From Bacteroidales bacterium (lineage in GTDB: Bacteria > Bacteroidota > Bacteroidia > Bacteroidales > UBA932), in contig JAFYEM010000023.1 of the NCBI GenBank assembly GCA_017544265.1, positions 188 through 64,187 on the forward strand: a DNA stretch of 64,000 bases, written 5' to 3'. How positions within the stretch are numbered: the stretch's first letter is position 1; each line of letters starts with the position of its first letter. Position numbers and translations under genes: made by a program. Positions 39,231 to 47,822 of the stretch are shown here, piece after piece. The notes under the pieces were generated by a model. It had not been told where the DNA came from and did no database searches. It saw only the letters and a program-made list of their open reading frames with translations.

Positions 39231-41429
39231 ATGAAAAAGTATATTTATTATCTTATGGCCTTTGCCGCGCTGGCAGCAGTTTCCTGCCAGCCGGAGAAGA
39301 AGCAGGCTGAGGAGGAAGAGATTGAAGGTTCTGTGGAATTTTCGGTCAACCCCACCTGCGTGGTTCCCGCCGATGGTGCCGAGGCTGTCGAACTGAGCGT
39401 AATCTCCAATGTTCCCTTCGAACCGATTATTGAAGAGGGCGCCGATTGGCTTCGCCTCGTGGAAGATGGAAAGGCTGAGACTGCAGCATCTTCTTTCATC
39501 ATTTCCGTTGATCCCCAGCCCGATGCTGACAGTCCTTCCCGTTCTGCGGTAATTACCTTCAAAAATACTGAGTCCCTTGAAGTCATATCGACCAAGATGT
39601 CTGTGCTGACTGTTATCCAGACGGATGCCAAGGGCCTTTCGATATCCATTACCCAGCCCGGTGCCGTCAGCTTCGAGGGTGCATTCCTTGATGATGATGA
39701 TGCACTTGAAGTAAAGTACAAGTCCAATATTCCGATTGCTCCTTATTTCCCTCCTCTCAAAGAGGGTGCTTCAGCAAAGGAATTTGCTGAGTACGAGGCT
39801 GCTTACGGCTGGATTGAGTGGGATGAAGAGGATAGTTCCTACGATGCGGCTAAAGGTGAGGGCGTTTTCGTTTTCGAAATCGACTCCAATGATACTTCCA
39901 AGGAACGTTCTGCGACTCTCGGAATCATCCGTCTGGACAAGGAATTCGCCAAGGAAGAGGATGCCATCGTCGAAGGCAAGAGCATAGTCATCTCCCAGGA
40001 AGCCAAAATCGGCCAGATGATTTTGTCTATTGAAGATGGAGCTGTCCTCAGTGCCCTGGATATTCTTCCTCCTGCAGGCGGTGATGCATCGTTCGACTAT
40101 TATGCAACCTGCCCTGTGGAGCCTTACTTCGCGGAAGGCGGCGAACTTGAGTATGAAATCATTGCCGGTGCTCCCCTCAACACTATTAAATTCAAGGTCC
40201 CTGCAAACTCCTCTGAGGAAGCTGTCGCTTACCTTATATATTTCAAGGATGCAAGCGAGCCTGAGAAGGAAGAAGGCGACGAGCCCAAGTCCGCGAGGGC
40301 CAAAAAAGAGGTCGTCCTTCTCAGGGATATTTACACCGGAGAGTTGATTTCCGCGAATATCCTTGTCCAGGCAGGTCTCATCGGTTTTGAACTGGCGGAG
40401 AAAGATCCCTTCGATCTTGAGTTCGGAAATTCAATAGCCCTGACGCCCGTATTCAATCCCGAGGGAGCCGGCGACGGCCGTGTGATTGAATGGACTTCAT
40501 CCGATCCCGAAGTTCTCTCCGTGGAGGACGGTATGGTGACCGCAGTCGGTGTCGGCACCGCCACAATCACCGCCGAGGTCGAAGACTTCTCTGCAAGCGT
40601 TGAAATCACCGTTCCTTGGGCTGTTGCGCTTGATCAGGATGAACTTGAACTAATCGTTGGTAAGAGCGCTACCCTTGTGGCAAGCTTCCTTCCTGAGGAA
40701 CTTGCAGATGTCAAGACTATTGAGTGGTCTTCATCAGATGAGTCAGTAGCTACTGTTGTTGACGGTGTCGTTACTGCTGTCGCAGAAGGTGATGCTGTCA
40801 TCTATGCAACGTCTGGTGATAAGTCTGCCAAATGCGCAGTCAGTGTCTTCCAGTACATCGCATTGTACGCGAATGACCTGAATGAGAGTCTTGAGGGTTG
40901 GTTAATCTTTGATGAAGATGATGACGGAAATACATGGGGATGGTATTATCTGACCGATCAGATTGCGGATCCTGTACTTAAGAGCTTCTCTTGGTCCAGC
41001 GGTGCACTGAATCCTGACAACTGGGCGTTATCTCCAGCAGTTGAACTTATGGAAGATTCCAATTATCTCACTCTTGATATCATAGACAGCGGATACAAGG
41101 ATAACATGGCAATATATGTTGCAGATGCAGAGGCAGTCGAAGCAAATGAAACTGATCCGTTGTCAGAGTTTAAGGATGTCCTGATTGATCAGGCTTTTGA
41201 TGGATGGGATACTTATACCTTCCCGATTCCTGAGAAGTTCAACGGCAAGTCTGTAATGTTTGCTTTCCGCCACTATAATTGCACTGATCTCTACTGGATT
41301 GCTATTAATGATATTCTTGTTTCCTATGGTAATCCTTACCCTGATGTGGCACCAGCTCCTGCAAAGCGCAATATTTCCTTTGCGTCAAGCCGTGAGGCCA
41401 GGGTTATTGAATCAGTTATAGCGAAATAG
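39231..41429 (+). CDS. Surface lipoprotein with BACON-like repeats, two Big_2 Ig domains and a C-terminal cleaved-adhesin (gingipain/haemagglutinin-like) domain
   Basis: Lipobox AVSC-QPEKKQAEEEE. Two W(T/S)SSD..V..V.DG.VTAV repeats. C-terminal GWLIFDEDDDGNTW...LNPDNWALSP...FAFRHYNCTDLYWIAINDI. Confidence 0.75.
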   Translation: MKKYIYYLMAFAALAAVSCQPEKKQAEEEEIEGSVEFSVNPTCVVPADGAEAVELSVISNVPFEPIIEEGADWLRLVEDGKAETAASSFIISVDPQPDADSPSRSAVITFKNTESLEVISTKMSVLTVIQTDAKGLSISITQPGAVSFEGAFLDDDDALEVKYKSNIPIAPYFPPLKEGASAKEFAEYEAAYGWIEWDEEDSSYDAAKGEGVFVFEIDSNDTSKERSATLGIIRLDKEFAKEEDAIVEGKSIVISQEAKIGQMILSIEDGAVLSALDILPPAGGDASFDYYATCPVEPYFAEGGELEYEIIAGAPLNTIKFKVPANSSEEAVAYLIYFKDASEPEKEEGDEPKSARAKKEVVLLRDIYTGELISANILVQAGLIGFELAEKDPFDLEFGNSIALTPVFNPEGAGDGRVIEWTSSDPEVLSVEDGMVTAVGVGTATITAEVEDFSASVEITVPWAVALDQDELELIVGKSATLVASFLPEELADVKTIEWSSSDESVATVVDGVVTAVAEGDAVIYATSGDKSAKCAVSVFQYIALYANDLNESLEGWLIFDEDDDGNTWGWYYLTDQIADPVLKSFSWSSGALNPDNWALSPAVELMEDSNYLTLDIIDSGYKDNMAIYVADAEAVEANETDPLSEFKDVLIDQAFDGWDTYTFPIPEKFNGKSVMFAFRHYNCTDLYWIAINDILVSYGNPYPDVAPAPAKRNISFASSREARVIESVIAK

Positions 41430-41449
41430 TTTATCACATCTTTCTAATC

Positions 41450-41482
41450 GACCGGTCCGTTTTTTGCGGACCGGTCTTTTTT
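41450..41482 (+). terminator. Rho-independent terminator closing the right cassette
   Basis: 10-bp stem gaccggtccg / cggaccggtc followed by T6. Confidence 0.88.
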
Positions 41483-41485
41483 GTA

Positions 41486-41493
41486 TAACTTTG
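41486..41493 (+). promoter_or_regulatory. -7 promoter box (TAACTTTG), 4 nt before the ATG at 41498
   Basis: Exact TAnnTTTG match immediately after the terminator. Confidence 0.6.
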
Positions 41494-41497
41494 CAGC

Positions 41498-42346
41498 ATG
41501 ATGAAACGACTCATTACAATCCTTGTGGTGCTGCTGCCGCTCGTGGCCTCGGCGCAGGGAAAGATTACCACGAAAAAATACCGTATCGCAGATTTCCGGG
41601 ATAAAGTCACCAAAGTCGTGCTTACCGGAAATGAAGTTATGGACAGTGCCCTGAAGCAGGAAATCATTACCCGCTGGAGCGCATCTCCCTATGAGTTCGC
41701 CACTGCTGCTGAGTTCGAGGCCCTGAAAAGCAGCGACGCTTTTTACTTCCTTCTCATCACCAACAGTTTCGACAAGGACGAGAACAACCGCGGAATAGAA
41801 TTCCTCTCGCTTGTGAAAGGCGGTCCCGAGGCCGCAAAAGGCCTGGAGGCAATGACCGATGTGGCCACCATTCCGCTGCGCCCTGACGGAATTTCCTCCG
41901 GGAGGGAATTTGTCTATCTGCCCGCGCTGATAGACATACTGCAGGCCTTCGCATCCGCCGCGATGGACACGGATTTCAAGGGCTATGCAGGGCTCGGCGT
42001 ATTCAATGTCAATTTCCGCCGCAGCGGCGCAACCAAACGTATCTATATTTCCGAGGACGACCTGTCGGAAAAAGTTGACCAGCAGATACTGGAGAAGTAT
42101 CTGGACGAGGATATGCTGATTTGCGATGAAGACGACGCCGACGCTGTCTTCATGGACGGGGAACTCAATACCCTCGTGAGCTACGTGGTGTCGCCGGAGA
42201 GTCCTGCGCCAGGGAAGTTCTTCTATGTCATGCTGATCTCTTCTGACACCCACGAACTCTATTACTACAAGAAGTACAAGATTTCCAGGAAGGCGGCTCC
42301 CGGCTTCCTTGAATCTGATTTCAAGATTCTCTCTTCCATAAGATGA
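41498..42346 (+). CDS. Conserved hypothetical exported protein
   Basis: 282 aa, signal peptide (PLVASA-Q), host-like codon usage, ATGA overlap with the next gene. Confidence 0.7.
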   Translation: MMKRLITILVVLLPLVASAQGKITTKKYRIADFRDKVTKVVLTGNEVMDSALKQEIITRWSASPYEFATAAEFEALKSSDAFYFLLITNSFDKDENNRGIEFLSLVKGGPEAAKGLEAMTDVATIPLRPDGISSGREFVYLPALIDILQAFASAAMDTDFKGYAGLGVFNVNFRRSGATKRIYISEDDLSEKVDQQILEKYLDEDMLICDEDDADAVFMDGELNTLVSYVVSPESPAPGKFFYVMLISSDTHELYYYKKYKISRKAAPGFLESDFKILSSIR

Positions 42347-43563
42347 AAGAAGGAATTCTGTCTTCCGGGCTACGCTATGCCGTTTTGAGAAGGAGTGGCG
42401 CCGCAGCGTTTGCGGCGCTTCATATTAGTTGCGGCACCCGCGACGAGGAGCCTTTCCATGAAGGAATCGCCCATTTCACCGAGCATACCCTCTTCCGGGG
42501 AACGAAGCGTCACGGCGCTTCGTACATCGCCTCCTGCCTGGACCGCCTTGGCGGAGAACTCAATGCGTACACGACCAAGGAGGAAATAGTCCTTCACGCT
42601 ACTGTGCTTAAGGAAGATGTGCGCAGGGCCGCGGCACTGCTGCTGGAACTCGCCCTCGAGCCGTCATTCCCGGAAAATGAAGTGGAAACCGAGAGGGGAG
42701 TGGTGATAGACGAGATTATATCCTACCGGGACAATCCTCCGGAGGAGATTTATGACAACTTTGAAGGCCGGCTTTTTCCCGATCACCCGCTCGGAAGGAA
42801 TATACTTGGCTCTCCGGAGAGCGTTGCAGAGATATCTTCAGAGGAACTGAGGGCTTTTGTCTCCCGGCATTTCACTCCGGAGAATATGGTGCTCACTATA
42901 GTTGCGGACCACGATGAAGCTGAACTTGAGAAACTGATTTCCCGCGTGGCAGCATCTCCGCTTTCAGCCCTTCCCGCCTTCATCATCCCTGATTTCGCTG
43001 CCCCGAAGCCGCTTGAAGCGTTTTCAAAGGAATGCGAGACGGGAAACAACGAAGTCAATGTGGTGCTTGGCGGCAGGGCTCCTTCGCTCTATGGCGGCGC
43101 CCGCAGAGTCGCAGCCGCACTGCTTGCTGCAATTCTCGGCGGTCCCGCGGCGAATTCCCTCCTCGGTAGGGAGCTCCGCGAAAAGCACGGCTGGGTCTAT
43201 GGTGTCGAGTGCTCCTATACCCAGTACCGCGATTCAGGCGTTATGGCAGTCACTTTCGGCTGCGATGCCCCAAACCTGAAAAAGTGCCTCAGGGCGACAG
43301 CAAGGGTAATTTCCGGGATGATGGAAAGGCCTATGTCAGAAGCAGCGCTCAAAGCTGCCCGCCGGCAGGCCCTCGGCCAGATGGCGATTGCTTCCGACAG
43401 CGGCGAAGCCCAGTGCCTCTCCATGGGTAAGAGCATGCTTTCCTTCGGCCGCGTCATTACTCCCGCCGAAACCCGCGATGCCGTCTCCGCCATTACCCCC
43501 GTCGACATACAGTCCGTCGCCGTGGAAATCTTCTCCGCCCCTTCCCTTCTTATTTACCGTTGA
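42343..43563 (+). CDS. M16 family zinc peptidase
   Basis: GIAHFTEHTLFRGT (inverted HxxEH), LNAYTTKE, ELREKHGWVY. Confidence 0.92.
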   Translation: MKEGILSSGLRYAVLRRSGAAAFAALHISCGTRDEEPFHEGIAHFTEHTLFRGTKRHGASYIASCLDRLGGELNAYTTKEEIVLHATVLKEDVRRAAALLLELALEPSFPENEVETERGVVIDEIISYRDNPPEEIYDNFEGRLFPDHPLGRNILGSPESVAEISSEELRAFVSRHFTPENMVLTIVADHDEAELEKLISRVAASPLSALPAFIIPDFAAPKPLEAFSKECETGNNEVNVVLGGRAPSLYGGARRVAAALLAAILGGPAANSLLGRELREKHGWVYGVECSYTQYRDSGVMAVTFGCDAPNLKKCLRATARVISGMMERPMSEAALKAARRQALGQMAIASDSGEAQCLSMGKSMLSFGRVITPAETRDAVSAITPVDIQSVAVEIFSAPSLLIYR

Positions 43564-43566
43564 AAG

Positions 43567-43700
43567 TGTCTCTCCGCTTGCTTCGCCCGGTCGAGATGAC
43601 AGGTTTGTTTCCCCGGTCGAGATGACAGGGGGGCGGCTGCAGCGGCAGAACGGGGGCTTTATAGTGGGTCGATGCCCCCTTATCTGCCGCTGCTGCCGCC
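43567..43700. repeat. Intergenic REP-like composite: two 18-bp direct repeats plus an 18-bp-arm palindrome
   Basis: cccggtcgagatgacagg at 43586-43603 and 43612-43629. Arms ggcggctgcagcggcaga (43632-43649) / tctgccgctgctgccgcc (43683-43700) pair at 17/18. Confidence 0.85.
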
Positions 43701-43789
43701 TGCAGTGAAGGCCGTAAGTCTGCTGACGCATGCAGTGAGGGCAGAATAAAGAAACTGAAAAAAAATTTGGTGAATTGAATAAAGAATTG

Positions 43790-43797
43790 TAGATTTG
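43790..43797 (+). promoter_or_regulatory. -7 promoter box (TAGATTTG) for tRNA-Leu
   Basis: Exact TAnnTTTG, 15 nt upstream of the tRNA. Confidence 0.65.
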
Positions 43798-43812
43798 CAG
43801 TCCCAAAGTATT

Positions 43813-43895
43813 GCGGATGTGGTGAAATGGTAGACACGCTACTTTGAGGGGGTAGTGGGCGATGGCCCGTGAGAGTTCGACTCTCTCCATCCGCA
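43813..43895 (+). tRNA. tRNA-Leu(GAG)
   Basis: Acceptor GCGGATG/CATCCGC, D-loop TGGTAGAC, anticodon arm CTACT-TTGAGGG-GGTAG, long variable arm, T-loop GTTCGACT, discriminator A. CCA is not encoded. Confidence 0.95.
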
Positions 43896-43896
43896 C

Positions 43897-43927
43897 AAAA
43901 AAAACCGACTCTCGAGCCGGTTTTTCT
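43897..43927. terminator. Bidirectional Rho-independent terminator between the tRNA and the convergent lipoprotein gene
   Basis: A-run + ccg ... cgg + T-run (aaaaaaaaccgactctcgagccggttttt). Confidence 0.6.
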
Positions 43928-43943
43928 GTTGTCATAGACCAGA

Positions 43944-44735
43944 TTAGCTTGCCGGATTCAGTTCGATAGTCCTGCTCACAGCACCAATCTTGTTCTGGAT
44001 TTCGCCAGAGATATCTTCACCGTAGCCAAGAGTAGCCTTGATGGTAATCTTTCCGGTGCAGCCGGCCTTAGGAGTGAGTTTCAGGAGAGTGTGCAACTTC
44101 TCGACATCATATTTTGATGCATCAGGCCCGCTGATTTCCCATTTGAGGCCAGTGTACTGGTCCTTGCTGTCCTTGAAACCGATTCTGATGCCGGTTCCTT
44201 TGGTCTTCTCGTCCTCACCGACCACACGGCCGTTCTTCACAGGCTTCTTGCTGCTGTCTATTTCGCTCATGCCGATATAGACAGTCTTGCCGGGAGTGTA
44301 TCTGTTATCATCCTCGACAGTCCTGAGGTCCACCTGATAAGGAGCGAGGCACCAGCCCTTGATAGTTGTCTTTTCGTTCTTTTCTTCTGCCGTGATATCC
44401 TCGTAATTGTTTGCATAGATAGTGATGTCCCTGTAGGTCTGGGAATCTTTGAGTTTGACAGAGAGGCGGACATTGCCCTTGTCGGACTGGTCGATGTCGG
44501 AAACGGGTTTGCCGTCCTTGTCAAGATAGTCAAATCTTGCAATACCTTCATTCAATACTTCCTCGCTGAAGTGCCACTCATAGAAACAGGAACCCAGGCG
44601 GGTGATTCGGTAAATCTGTCCGTCATACAATTTCTCGGGAATGTTGAAAAGAGGATCCGTAATAAGAGCTTCGAGAACTGCTCCGCAGGAAGTCACGGCG
44701 AGCGCGATGGCCGCTCCAATCAGAAATTTTTTCAT
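43944..44735 (-). CDS. Hypothetical lipoprotein
   Basis: Lipobox AVTSC after a hydrophobic stretch. No recognisable family motif. Confidence 0.7.
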   Translation of the reverse strand: MKKFLIGAAIALAVTSCGAVLEALITDPLFNIPEKLYDGQIYRITRLGSCFYEWHFSEEVLNEGIARFDYLDKDGKPVSDIDQSDKGNVRLSVKLKDSQTYRDITIYANNYEDITAEEKNEKTTIKGWCLAPYQVDLRTVEDDNRYTPGKTVYIGMSEIDSSKKPVKNGRVVGEDEKTKGTGIRIGFKDSKDQYTGLKWEISGPDASKYDVEKLHTLLKLTPKAGCTGKITIKATLGYGEDISGEIQNKIGAVSRTIELNPAS

Positions 44736-44744
44736 AGTCTTGAA

Positions 44745-45698
44745 TTATTTGTTGTTAATGATATTCTTTGCATACTGCGCTATATGTGCTGCGTCCAGAT
44801 TATATTCCTTCATAAGGGCGGAAGGAGTGCCGCTCTGGCCGAAACGGTCTCCGCCGTTGATAAATGCAATCGGCGCAGGATGCGACGCTGCAAGGACTCC
44901 GGCAATCGCTTCGCCAAGCCCGCCGGCCATGTTGTGCTCCTCCGCCACGACAGCGCAGCCCGTCTTCTCCACAGACTCGACCACAGCTTCCGCATCCAGA
45001 GGCTTGATGCTGGCTATGTCTATTACCTCAGCGCTTATGCCCTCATCTTCAAGCGCCTGGGCAGCCTGAAGCGCCTCCCAGACCAAATGGCCGGTGGCAA
45101 AGAGAGTTACGTCCGTGCCCTCGTTCATTATAATCGCCTTGCCGATTTCGAAGGGGGCGTCGGCAGGCGTGAAATTAGGCACGCCCGGGCGTCCGAAGCG
45201 AAGATAGACAGGCCCGTTGTATTTCGCGGCAGCGATGGTCGCTGCTTTGGTCTGGTTGAAATCGCAGGGATTCAGCACCACCATCTCCGGAAGGGCCCTC
45301 ATCAGGGCGATGTCCTCCATGGTCTGGTGGGTGGCGCCGTCCTCGCCGAGGGTGATTCCGGCGTGCGAAGACGCTATCTTCACGTTGGTGCAGCCGTAGG
45401 CGACTTCCTGGCGGAGCTGGTCATAGACCCTGCCGGTCACGAATTCCGCGAAGGAACCGATGAAAGGGATCTTCCCGGTAATGGCGAGCCCGGCCGCCAC
45501 ACCGACCATATTCGCCTCTGCGATTCCGCACTGGATGAATCTTTCAGGAAAAGCTTCCGCGAAGGCATCCATCTTGAGTGAGCCCTTGAGGTCAGCGGTC
45601 AGGGCGACAACCCTGGGATCCGCTTTCCCGGCCTCGAGCAGCCCGGCGCCGAAACCGCTCCGGGTGTCTTTCTTGCCTGTGTCGATATATTTTTTCAT
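44745..45698 (-). CDS. Transketolase C-terminal (pyrimidine-binding) subunit
   Basis: GIAEANMVG, GEDGATHQ, YLRFGR and EEHNMAGGLG motifs. Confidence 0.93.
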   Translation of the reverse strand: MKKYIDTGKKDTRSGFGAGLLEAGKADPRVVALTADLKGSLKMDAFAEAFPERFIQCGIAEANMVGVAAGLAITGKIPFIGSFAEFVTGRVYDQLRQEVAYGCTNVKIASSHAGITLGEDGATHQTMEDIALMRALPEMVVLNPCDFNQTKAATIAAAKYNGPVYLRFGRPGVPNFTPADAPFEIGKAIIMNEGTDVTLFATGHLVWEALQAAQALEDEGISAEVIDIASIKPLDAEAVVESVEKTGCAVVAEEHNMAGGLGEAIAGVLAASHPAPIAFINGGDRFGQSGTPSALMKEYNLDAAHIAQYAKNIINNK

Positions 45699-45701
45699 AG
45701 C

Positions 45702-46550
45702 CTAAAAATCTCCGAGGGTTGTGCTGCCAAGCTGGTTCAGGGCTTCCTGCTCCTGTTCGGGAGAAGGAACTTTCCCGTGCCATTTGTGAGTGCCGGCCAT
45801 GAAGTCTATTCCGCGGCCCATGTCGGTGCGGAAGAGAATCATCGTGGGAAGGCCGCTGCCGACATTCTGCTTTGCTTTGGAATAGGCCCCGAGAATGGAG
45901 TCGAAGTCATGCCCGTCGGCGATAACCGTATTCCAGCCGAAGGCTTTCCATTTGGCTTCCAGGTCGCCTTCTCCGGCGACTGCGCTCACCGGGCCGTCAA
46001 TCTGCTGGCCGTTCCAGTCGGTGATGGCAATCAGGTTGTCCAGATGGTGGTGGGAGGCGAACATTCCCGCTTCCCATATCTGCCCCTCTTCGCTTTCTCC
46101 GTCCCCGCACAGCACCCATACTATATGTGGGTCGCCGGAAAGTTTCTTTCCGAGCGCGGCGCCGGCTGCGGCGCTGAGTCCCTGACCGAGGGAACCGGAT
46201 GCCTGGAACACTCCGGGAAGGTCTTTCCGCACGGAGGGATGTCCCTGGAGACGGGAGCCAAGGCGGCGGAATGTGGCGAGTTCAGATGCGGGGAAATAGC
46301 CGCTCCTGGAGAGGGTGGAGTAATAGACCGGGGTCAGGTGACCGGCGGAAAGGATGAACATGTCCTGTCCTTCGCCGCTGCGTTTCCAACTGGCGGGATC
46401 GTGGTCCATTACATCGTGGTACAGGGCCGTGAGGAAGTCTGCGCTGGACAGGGAGCCGCCGGGGTGGCCGCTGCCCGCGAGGGCTACCATGCGGATGATG
46501 TCCCTCCTGACCTGGCGCGCAAGTTCGCTGAGTTCTGTGTACTTTGTCAT
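45702..46550 (-). CDS. Transketolase N-terminal (ThDP-binding) subunit
   Basis: SGHPGGSLS, LQGHP, GSLGQGLS, GDGESEEGQIWE. Confidence 0.93.
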   Translation of the reverse strand: MTKYTELSELARQVRRDIIRMVALAGSGHPGGSLSSADFLTALYHDVMDHDPASWKRSGEGQDMFILSAGHLTPVYYSTLSRSGYFPASELATFRRLGSRLQGHPSVRKDLPGVFQASGSLGQGLSAAAGAALGKKLSGDPHIVWVLCGDGESEEGQIWEAGMFASHHHLDNLIAITDWNGQQIDGPVSAVAGEGDLEAKWKAFGWNTVIADGHDFDSILGAYSKAKQNVGSGLPTMILFRTDMGRGIDFMAGTHKWHGKVPSPEQEQEALNQLGSTTLGDF

Positions 46551-46551
46551 A

Positions 46552-47541
46552 TTACAGGTTTACCACTGACATTATTTGCTGATACTGCCTCCGGAGGGAT
46601 GTCCCGAAGGGGTCTCCTTCCGCGAAACTGTCCTCCAGGGTGCCTCCGTCCACTCCGATTGAAATGGATATCGCGCCTTTTTCCATAATTGCGCGCAGTT
46701 CGTCCAGCTTCGGATAGACATAGACAAAATTGTCCTCGTCACGGGTCTGCTGCAGTTTTATGCTGCTCCCGTCGCCGAGGGTGATTACCACCGGGGCGTC
46801 GTAGGGGACGTGCCAGATGGAGTCCGAACCAATCATGAAGGATATGTCGAAGTCTTCGGAGTTGCTGTTCTTGTAGTAGATGTATGTCAGACAGATGTTG
46901 TAGGAGCATCTGGCGCCTTTCGCGGGGATGGGCTTGGCGGTTATCATCAGGCTGGACGCGCCGTCTGAATAGTTTCCGAGGCTGCCGCTGAGCTGCTCAG
47001 TCTTTTCAGCGGCGGTGTATATGTCCGAACACTGCTGCTTGAGTGTCAGTGCGAATTCATCGCCGGGAAAGGACAGTTGGATGTAGTCGTCCGGATCCCA
47101 GCCGGTGATTACGTCAATGGATTTGACTCCCTTGACCATTTTCTCCATCTCCTTGGTTTCCACGAGGTATTTCGTGTGGTTCCAATAGACGCGCTCCTTT
47201 TTGGAATTCATGAACGCGCGGCGGGTGGGGTCGTCGGAGGACATCTGCTCGAAGCGGAGAATCTTTCCTCCGGCGAGCGTAACGGCCATTTTCACTCCCT
47301 TTGGGACGTTCCTCACTGTCTTTTCCTCATAGTTTATATGAAGCAGGTAGGCGGTGGAGCCGTCCGGGAAGCCGACCAGTTCGGTGGCCAGGTGGAAAGG
47401 AACCGCGGCCTTGTCTATATAGACATAGTCCGAAAGGATGTGGGTGACTCCGGAACTGGTCCGGTAGTTGGAGCGTATCCCCGCGCCGGATGCGGCGCAG
47501 GTGACGAGAATTGCGGCAATGAGTGATAAGATTCTTCTCAT
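46552..47541 (-). CDS. Hypothetical exported protein with an apparent two-domain internal duplication
   Basis: Likely start MRRILSL at 47541, signal peptide. The two halves share a pattern (...VTLAGGKILRFEQ / ...ITLGDGSSIKLQQ). Confidence 0.65.
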   Translation of the reverse strand: MRRILSLIAAILVTCAASGAGIRSNYRTSSGVTHILSDYVYIDKAAVPFHLATELVGFPDGSTAYLLHINYEEKTVRNVPKGVKMAVTLAGGKILRFEQMSSDDPTRRAFMNSKKERVYWNHTKYLVETKEMEKMVKGVKSIDVITGWDPDDYIQLSFPGDEFALTLKQQCSDIYTAAEKTEQLSGSLGNYSDGASSLMITAKPIPAKGARCSYNICLTYIYYKNSNSEDFDISFMIGSDSIWHVPYDAPVVITLGDGSSIKLQQTRDEDNFVYVYPKLDELRAIMEKGAISISIGVDGGTLEDSFAEGDPFGTSLRRQYQQIMSVVNL

Positions 47542-47579
47542 ATCCCGCAAATATACATAATACTTGTCAAAAAAAGAAA

Positions 47580-47822
47580 TTACGGTACGGGGTCATAGCC
47601 GCTTCCGCCCCAGGGGTGGCAGCGCAGTATTCGCTTAAGGGCGAGCCATGAGCCTTTGAATGGGCCGTATTTTCGGAGGGCTTCCAGGGCGTACTGGGAA
47701 CAAGTCGGAGTGAAACGGCAGCTAGGCGGAGTGAAGGGCGAAATACATATCTGGTAGAGCTTGACCAGAAGTATAAGCGGAAAGGCGAGAATCTTCCCCA
47801 GGATATGCAGCAGCTTTTTCAC
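47580..47822 (-). CDS. yidD: Membrane protein insertion efficiency factor YidD
   Basis: [10 protein letters not shown]...[17 protein letters not shown]. Confidence 0.95.
   Translation of the reverse strand: MKKLLHILGKILAFPLILLVKLYQICISPFTPPSCRFTPTCSQYALEALRKYGPFKGSWLALKRILRCHPWGGSGYDPVP

Noticed and set aside
43813-44735. tRNA-Leu as the integration site of a genomic island
   Set aside because: No integrase and no duplicated tRNA 3' end (att) seen in the window; core genes resume within 1 kb.
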